From a bacterium (GTDB lineage Bacteria > Patescibacteriota > JABMPQ01 > JAUVWW01), in contig JAUVWW010000001.1 of NCBI GenBank assembly GCA_030603885.1, positions 2,680 to 66,679 on the forward strand: a stretch of 64,000 nucleotides of DNA, given 5' to 3'. Below the pieces are notes generated by a model that ran no database searches, had not been told where the DNA came from, and was given only the letters and a program-made list of their open reading frames with translations. Every line of letters begins with the position of its first letter. Position 1 is the stretch's first letter. The translations under genes were made by a program, and so were the position numbers. Below are positions 59,880 to 64,000 of this stretch, one piece after another.

Positions 59880-60029
59880 ATGTTTAAAAAGAAAACTGTT
59901 ATTTGTCCCCATTGTAGATGGATTGGAGCAATAGAAATAGGAGACGGAAAATGGAGAACTTGTCCTCTTTGTGAGGGTACAGGAGAAATTGAAAGAGAGG
60001 AGCTTGAAAAAAGGAGGTTAGAATGGTAA
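59880..60029 (+). CDS. 49-aa zinc-finger protein (not in ORF track)
   Basis: MFKKKTVICPHCRWIGAIEIGDGKWRTCPLCEGTGEIEREELEKRRLEW; SD GGGAGG; promoter TTGACT-18-TATCTT; overlaps the purC start. Confidence 0.75.
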   Translation: MFKKKTVICPHCRWIGAIEIGDGKWRTCPLCEGTGEIEREELEKRRLEW

Positions 60030-60919
60030 AACCCTTAATGGAAACCAATTTCCCTGATTTAAAGCTTTTTAAGAAAGGAAAGGTAAGGGATACGTATGAT
60101 TTGGGAAATGGACTATTACTTATGGTAGCTACAGATAGAATTTCTACCTATGATTGTGTCCACCCTACGGGAATTCCAGATAAAGGGAAGATCTTAACGC
60201 AACTATCTACTTTTTGGTTTAATTTTCTCAAGGATATCTGTTCAAATCACCTGATGACCTGGAATATTGATCGGTTTCCAGATTCTTCTCGGAAATATAG
60301 AGACATTCTTAGAGGAAGGAGTATGTTAATACAAAAGACGGAGGTTATTCCCATTGAATGTGTGGTCAGAGGCTATCTCTATGGATCCGGATGGAGAGAA
60401 TATCAAGAAAAAGGAACAGTTTGTGGCATCCAGTTACCTAAAGGACTAAAACAGGCAGACAAGCTCCCTGAACCAATTTTTACTCCAGCTACTAAAGCCA
60501 AAGCTGGTCATGATGAGAATATTACTGTTGAGGAAGCAAAAAGAATGGTAGGAAAAGAATCGATTGAACTACTTGAAAGTGCGAGTTTAACTTTTTATCG
60601 GAGAGCAGCTGATTATACCCTAAATAAAGGGATAATCATTGCAGATACTAAATTTGAATTTGGATGGTACGATGGAACTCTAATGGTTGTCGATGAACTT
60701 CTTACTCCTGATTCCTCAAGATTCTGGCCAGCTGATCAGTACAAGCCTGGTGGAAAACAGCCAAACTTTGATAAACAATTCGTTAGGGACTATGTATCGA
60801 GTATTGGCTGGAATAAAAAGCCCCCAGCTCCGGAATTGCCAGAAGGTATTGTTAAAGAAACGAGGAGAAAATACATCGAGGTCTTTGAACTATTGACTGG
60901 AAAATCCCCAGAATTATAA
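60023..60919 (+). CDS. purC: SAICAR synthetase
   Basis: GKVRD.Y, TDRIS, ECVVRGY, ADTKFEFG, TPDSSRFW. Confidence 0.96.
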   Translation: MVKPLMETNFPDLKLFKKGKVRDTYDLGNGLLLMVATDRISTYDCVHPTGIPDKGKILTQLSTFWFNFLKDICSNHLMTWNIDRFPDSSRKYRDILRGRSMLIQKTEVIPIECVVRGYLYGSGWREYQEKGTVCGIQLPKGLKQADKLPEPIFTPATKAKAGHDENITVEEAKRMVGKESIELLESASLTFYRRAADYTLNKGIIIADTKFEFGWYDGTLMVVDELLTPDSSRFWPADQYKPGGKQPNFDKQFVRDYVSSIGWNKKPPAPELPEGIVKETRRKYIEVFELLTGKSPEL

Positions 60920-60940
60920 GGTGTTGGCCTAAGATTTGCT

Positions 60941-60981
60941 CCCGCCTGTTAGATATTTATCTTTCAGGCGGGTTTTTATTT
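60941..60981 (+). terminator. Intrinsic terminator
   Basis: CCCGCCTG / CAGGCGGG stem plus T run. Confidence 0.8.
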
Positions 60982-60984
60982 GGG

Positions 60985-61065
60985 TTGACAATAAAGATAG
61001 CTTCTGCTAAGCTTATATGATTAAGTTTTTGTTAAGATGTAACTTAAAATTTAGCAAAGGAGGTG
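60985..61065 (+). promoter_or_regulatory. Promoter, leader motif and SD
   Basis: TTGACA-17-TAAGCT (TG extension), TGTAACTTAAAATTTAG, AAAGGAGGTG. Confidence 0.7.
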
Positions 61066-61116
61066 AAAGACGAAAGAACAGAAGACCTTAGAGATTTTTA
61101 GAAAGAAGGAGGTAAG

Positions 61117-62259
61117 ATGAAGTACTTTTTGGTAGTTTTGCTGGTGGTGTTGGTGTCTTCTTGTGTCTGGGCAAGCAATTTTAGCCTTTCAAATTCAATT
61201 CGGATTCCCACGGGCTATACTGATGGAAGATTTGAGACTGAGGCCACTTGGCCTTGGAAATCCAGATTTGGCTTGTACCCAAATATTTTTGATCGAATAG
61301 AGGCGGGTCTGGATATTAGGCAAGATCACAATGGGGTTTCTTCAAGAGGAGAGTTAAAGTATAAGATTATTGATGCTTATGGTGCTCACTGTTGCTTAGG
61401 TGTGAAAGATATTAGTCCTGAAGATTCCAAGTGGACTAATGTTGTTTATGTCACAGCTACTCGTAGAATCTGGAGTGGCACACCTCTCTGGATTACCTTA
61501 GGAGCTGGAAGCGGAGGATTCTTTCGCCGGGGTGGAGAAGATTACTCAGGAATTTTTATTGGAGCAAGATCTTTATGGTTTTGGTCGCAAGACTACGATT
61601 TTAGCTTCCTTGTTGAGTACGATGGCCTGGATTTAAATGCGGGACTGGAGTATGCAAGAGCAAATTGGTGGGCCCAGATTTATGCTACAGATGTTGAATT
61701 TAGAGGAAATGTTACCTTTGGAGTGAAAGGTGCTTGGCGTCCGAATTTTCTTAACTATCAGTCAGGAGAATCTGGTGGTAAATTGGCACTTTTGGATTTG
61801 ACTGGAGCGATTCTAGTTTTTGGAATTCCTACTCTTGTCAATGAAGGCAATCTTAAAGATTGTTTTGTGAATATATGGAATAATGGAGATGAATGGTTTC
61901 ATGAATCCAATAGAACAAGACATCTATTTGCTGGATCTGGAATATTCTTAGCCTCCTCAGCTCTATATGCTCAAATTCCTCTATTTTATTCTGGGTGTAC
62001 TACAGAGCAAGCTAAAATCAATGTAGTAAAGAGATGGGGAGTAGGTACAGCAGTGCTGGCAAGCGTAGGAAAAGAGATATACGATTGGAGGAAATACCAG
62101 ACTCAACCCGATGCTCTTGATATCTTTATGACCGGAGCTGGAGCTTGGCTTACTGCTAACTGGTCCGCTGATGAATGGATTGAGACTTTCCTGGGTGGGA
62201 CAGGAAAACTCTTGAAGATCTTATTTGCCAAACAAGAAGACAAGAAAGAAGTAGATTAA
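61117..62259 (+). CDS. Exported protein: YjbH-like beta-strand domain plus YfiM/DUF2279-like helical domain
   Basis: Signal peptide; amphipathic strands (ELKYKI, GVKDI, TLGAGSG, VEYDG..LNAG); C-terminal HLFAG...GKEIYD...DI..T.AG. Confidence 0.55.
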   Translation: MKYFLVVLLVVLVSSCVWASNFSLSNSIRIPTGYTDGRFETEATWPWKSRFGLYPNIFDRIEAGLDIRQDHNGVSSRGELKYKIIDAYGAHCCLGVKDISPEDSKWTNVVYVTATRRIWSGTPLWITLGAGSGGFFRRGGEDYSGIFIGARSLWFWSQDYDFSFLVEYDGLDLNAGLEYARANWWAQIYATDVEFRGNVTFGVKGAWRPNFLNYQSGESGGKLALLDLTGAILVFGIPTLVNEGNLKDCFVNIWNNGDEWFHESNRTRHLFAGSGIFLASSALYAQIPLFYSGCTTEQAKINVVKRWGVGTAVLASVGKEIYDWRKYQTQPDALDIFMTGAGAWLTANWSADEWIETFLGGTGKLLKILFAKQEDKKEVD

Positions 62260-62276
62260 AGTAGATTAAAAAGTAT

Positions 62277-62314
62277 GCGGGAGATCCATCCTTAAGTTCT
62301 CCCGCTTTTGTTTT
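62277..62314 (+). terminator. Intrinsic terminator
   Basis: GCGGGAGA / TCTCCCGC stem plus T run. Confidence 0.75.
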
Positions 62315-62450
62315 AGGAATTAATTTGTAGTAAAATAGATCTTTGGGGTCGGACCTTGGTTATTTAGAATATATAGAATTTAGAATTATGAACATTGTCA
62401 AGGCTTTTTTATTTTTGTATAATCAGAATATCTAATAATTCAATATTCCT

Positions 62451-62657
62451 ATGCAAGATATTTATAAGAAAAAATGGAAGCTACAGGAAGAAATTGAAGA
62501 CATAGAATTTGATATTAATCGATTAGAAAAAAAACGAAAGGAGCTGAAAAAACAACTTGAAGATTTGGAAAAAGATAGTCAGCTTTTAGAAGATGAGCTT
62601 GATGAGAAATATAAAGAAAAAGAGAGGCTCAAGAGGGAACTTTCGAGATTAGAATAA
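62451..62657 (+). CDS. Small coiled-coil protein
   Basis: 68 aa charged heptad pattern; TTGTCA-17-TATAAT upstream (62395-62423). Confidence 0.65.
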   Translation: MQDIYKKKWKLQEEIEDIEFDINRLEKKRKELKKQLEDLEKDSQLLEDELDEKYKEKERLKRELSRLE

Positions 62658-62664
62658 TCATTTC

Positions 62665-64000
62665 ATGACTTCAAAAGAAATCCGCCAAAAATTTTTAGAT
62701 TTTTTTAAGAAAAAGGGGCATAAGGTTGTGCCCTCGTCCTCTTTAATTCCCGAAGATCCAACAGTTCTTTTGACTTCTGCGGGGATGCAGCAGTTTTCTA
62801 AATATCTCTTGGGAGAAGAGAAACCTCCATATATGAGAGCTACCTCAGTTCAGAAATGCTTTAGAACTTCAGATATTGATTTAGTAGGAGATCGAGATCA
62901 TTTGACCTTTTTTGAAATGTTAGGCAATTGGTCTTTTGGTGATTATTTCAAAAAAGAAGCTTTTGAGCTGGCTTGGGAGTTTTTGACCAAAGAGATGAGG
63001 ATGGATCCAAAAAGGCTTTGGATTACGGTTTTTAAAGGTGAACAAGCTATTCCTCAAGATGAAGAGGCTATTAAATTATGGCAAGAAATAGGCATTCCTA
63101 GAGAGAAGATCTCTGAATTTGGTATGGAAGATAATTTTTGGGGACCTGTTGGTGAGACTGGTCCTTGTGGTCCAACATCTGAAGTACACTATGACTTAAC
63201 TGGTAAGCCCTGCTCGAAGGGCAAAAATTGTAAGCCTAATTGTGAGTGTGGTCGATTTACTGAAATATGGAATCTGGTTTTGATGCAATATAACAAGAAT
63301 GAAAAAGGGGAGTATGAACCATTGCCAGCTAAAAACATTGATACGGGAATGGGATTAGAGCGAATGGCTTGTGCCTTGCAAGAAAAAGGCAGTGTTTTTG
63401 AGACAGATTTATTTTTGCCTTTGATGCAAAAACTGGCCTCTTTTTGTCCTCCTGGTTTAAAAAATAATATAAGACCTTTACGTATTGTGGCTGATCATCT
63501 TCGAGGGACTGTATTTTTGATTTCAGATGGGGTAGTGCCTGGCAGAGAAGAAAGAAATTATATCTTAAGACGTGTGTTACGTAGGGCTGTAAGATATGGA
63601 AGACTTCTAGGAATTGAAAAACCAGATTTTTTTGAAGAGCTAGCCAAGGTAGTCATAGAAAACCATGGTGATGTTTATCCAGATTTAGAGAAAAATAGAG
63701 ATAAAATTCTAACGGTTATCCATGACGAGGTAGAGAAATTTACCAAGGCTTTAAATAGAGGGCTAAAACTTTTTGAAGAAGTAGCAAAAAAAGTTATAAG
63801 TGAAAAGTTAAAAGTAATACCAGGACAAGACGTATTTCACTTATACGATACCTATGGTTTTCCCCCTGAGGATACAGAGGAGTTAGCTAAAGAAAAGGGT
63901 CTTGAAATAGATAAGAAGGGCTTTAAAGAAGCGTTTAAGAAACATAAAGAGATCTCTCGAGCTGGAGTAGAAAAGAAGTTTGGAGGGGTAGGCAGGTGGG
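62665..64000 (+). CDS. alaS: Alanine-tRNA ligase (3' truncated by window; not in ORF track)
   Basis: MTSKEIRQKFLDFF..SSSLIP.DPTVLLTSAGMQQF, TFFEMLGNWSFGDYFK, IDTGMGLER, LYDTYGFP. Confidence 0.97.
   Translation, partial: MTSKEIRQKFLDFFKKKGHKVVPSSSLIPEDPTVLLTSAGMQQFSKYLLGEEKPPYMRATSVQKCFRTSDIDLVGDRDHLTFFEMLGNWSFGDYFKKEAFELAWEFLTKEMRMDPKRLWITVFKGEQAIPQDEEAIKLWQEIGIPREKISEFGMEDNFWGPVGETGPCGPTSEVHYDLTGKPCSKGKNCKPNCECGRFTEIWNLVLMQYNKNEKGEYEPLPAKNIDTGMGLERMACALQEKGSVFETDLFLPLMQKLASFCPPGLKNNIRPLRIVADHLRGTVFLISDGVVPGREERNYILRRVLRRAVRYGRLLGIEKPDFFEELAKVVIENHGDVYPDLEKNRDKILTVIHDEVEKFTKALNRGLKLFEEVAKKVISEKLKVIPGQDVFHLYDTYGFPPEDTEELAKEKGLEIDKKGFKEAFKKHKEISRAGVEKKFGGVGRW

Noticed and set aside
62251-62270. 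GTAGATTAAA direct duplication at a stop codon
   Set aside because: Adjacent 10-bp tandem copy with no intervening element; not evidence of a target-site duplication
1-64000. CRISPR array, rRNA, integrase or transposase
   Set aside because: No 25-40 nt repeats with unique spacers, no rRNA-like tract and no recombinase motifs seen
1-64000. Alternative genetic code (TGA=Gly, or TAG reassigned)
   Set aside because: dnaJ, murG, murB, guaB and purA end in TGA, and murI, ftsW and secA end in TAG, all at expected lengths

Overview
AT-rich bacterial chromosomal window, standard genetic code. All credible protein genes lie on the + strand; the only minus-strand feature is a tRNA-Lys(TTT). Gene style suggests Patescibacteria/CPR (inference): secretin-less type IV pilus cluster, short HrcA, mostly SD-less starts, and a sigma70-r4/HTH + membrane protein + VirD4-like ATPase trio. 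Contents in order: type IV pilus genes, a secreted fibre-like protein, CIRCE-hrcA-grpE-dnaK-(membrane protein)-dnaJ, tRNA-Lys, aspS-scpAB, a pyrimidine operon (pyrD-K-C-E-F-argF-pyrB-I, no carAB), cell-wall/division genes, secA, an L,D-transpeptidase, secDF, late purine genes (guaB, purA, purH, purB, GMP synthase ATPPase subunit, purC) and the start of alaS. Most notable: (1) six transcription units share one architecture: TTGAC/extended -10 promoter, a boxA-like leader motif, a strong SD and an intrinsic terminator; (2) an ornithine carbamoyltransferase sits in the pyr operon where carbamoyl-phosphate synthase would be expected, next to eukaryote-UMPS-like pyrE/pyrF; (3) degenerate, sometimes mirrored 7/8-mer arrays and small palindromic elements occur between genes and in frame inside core genes. 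All calls come from motif reading only; no searches were run.
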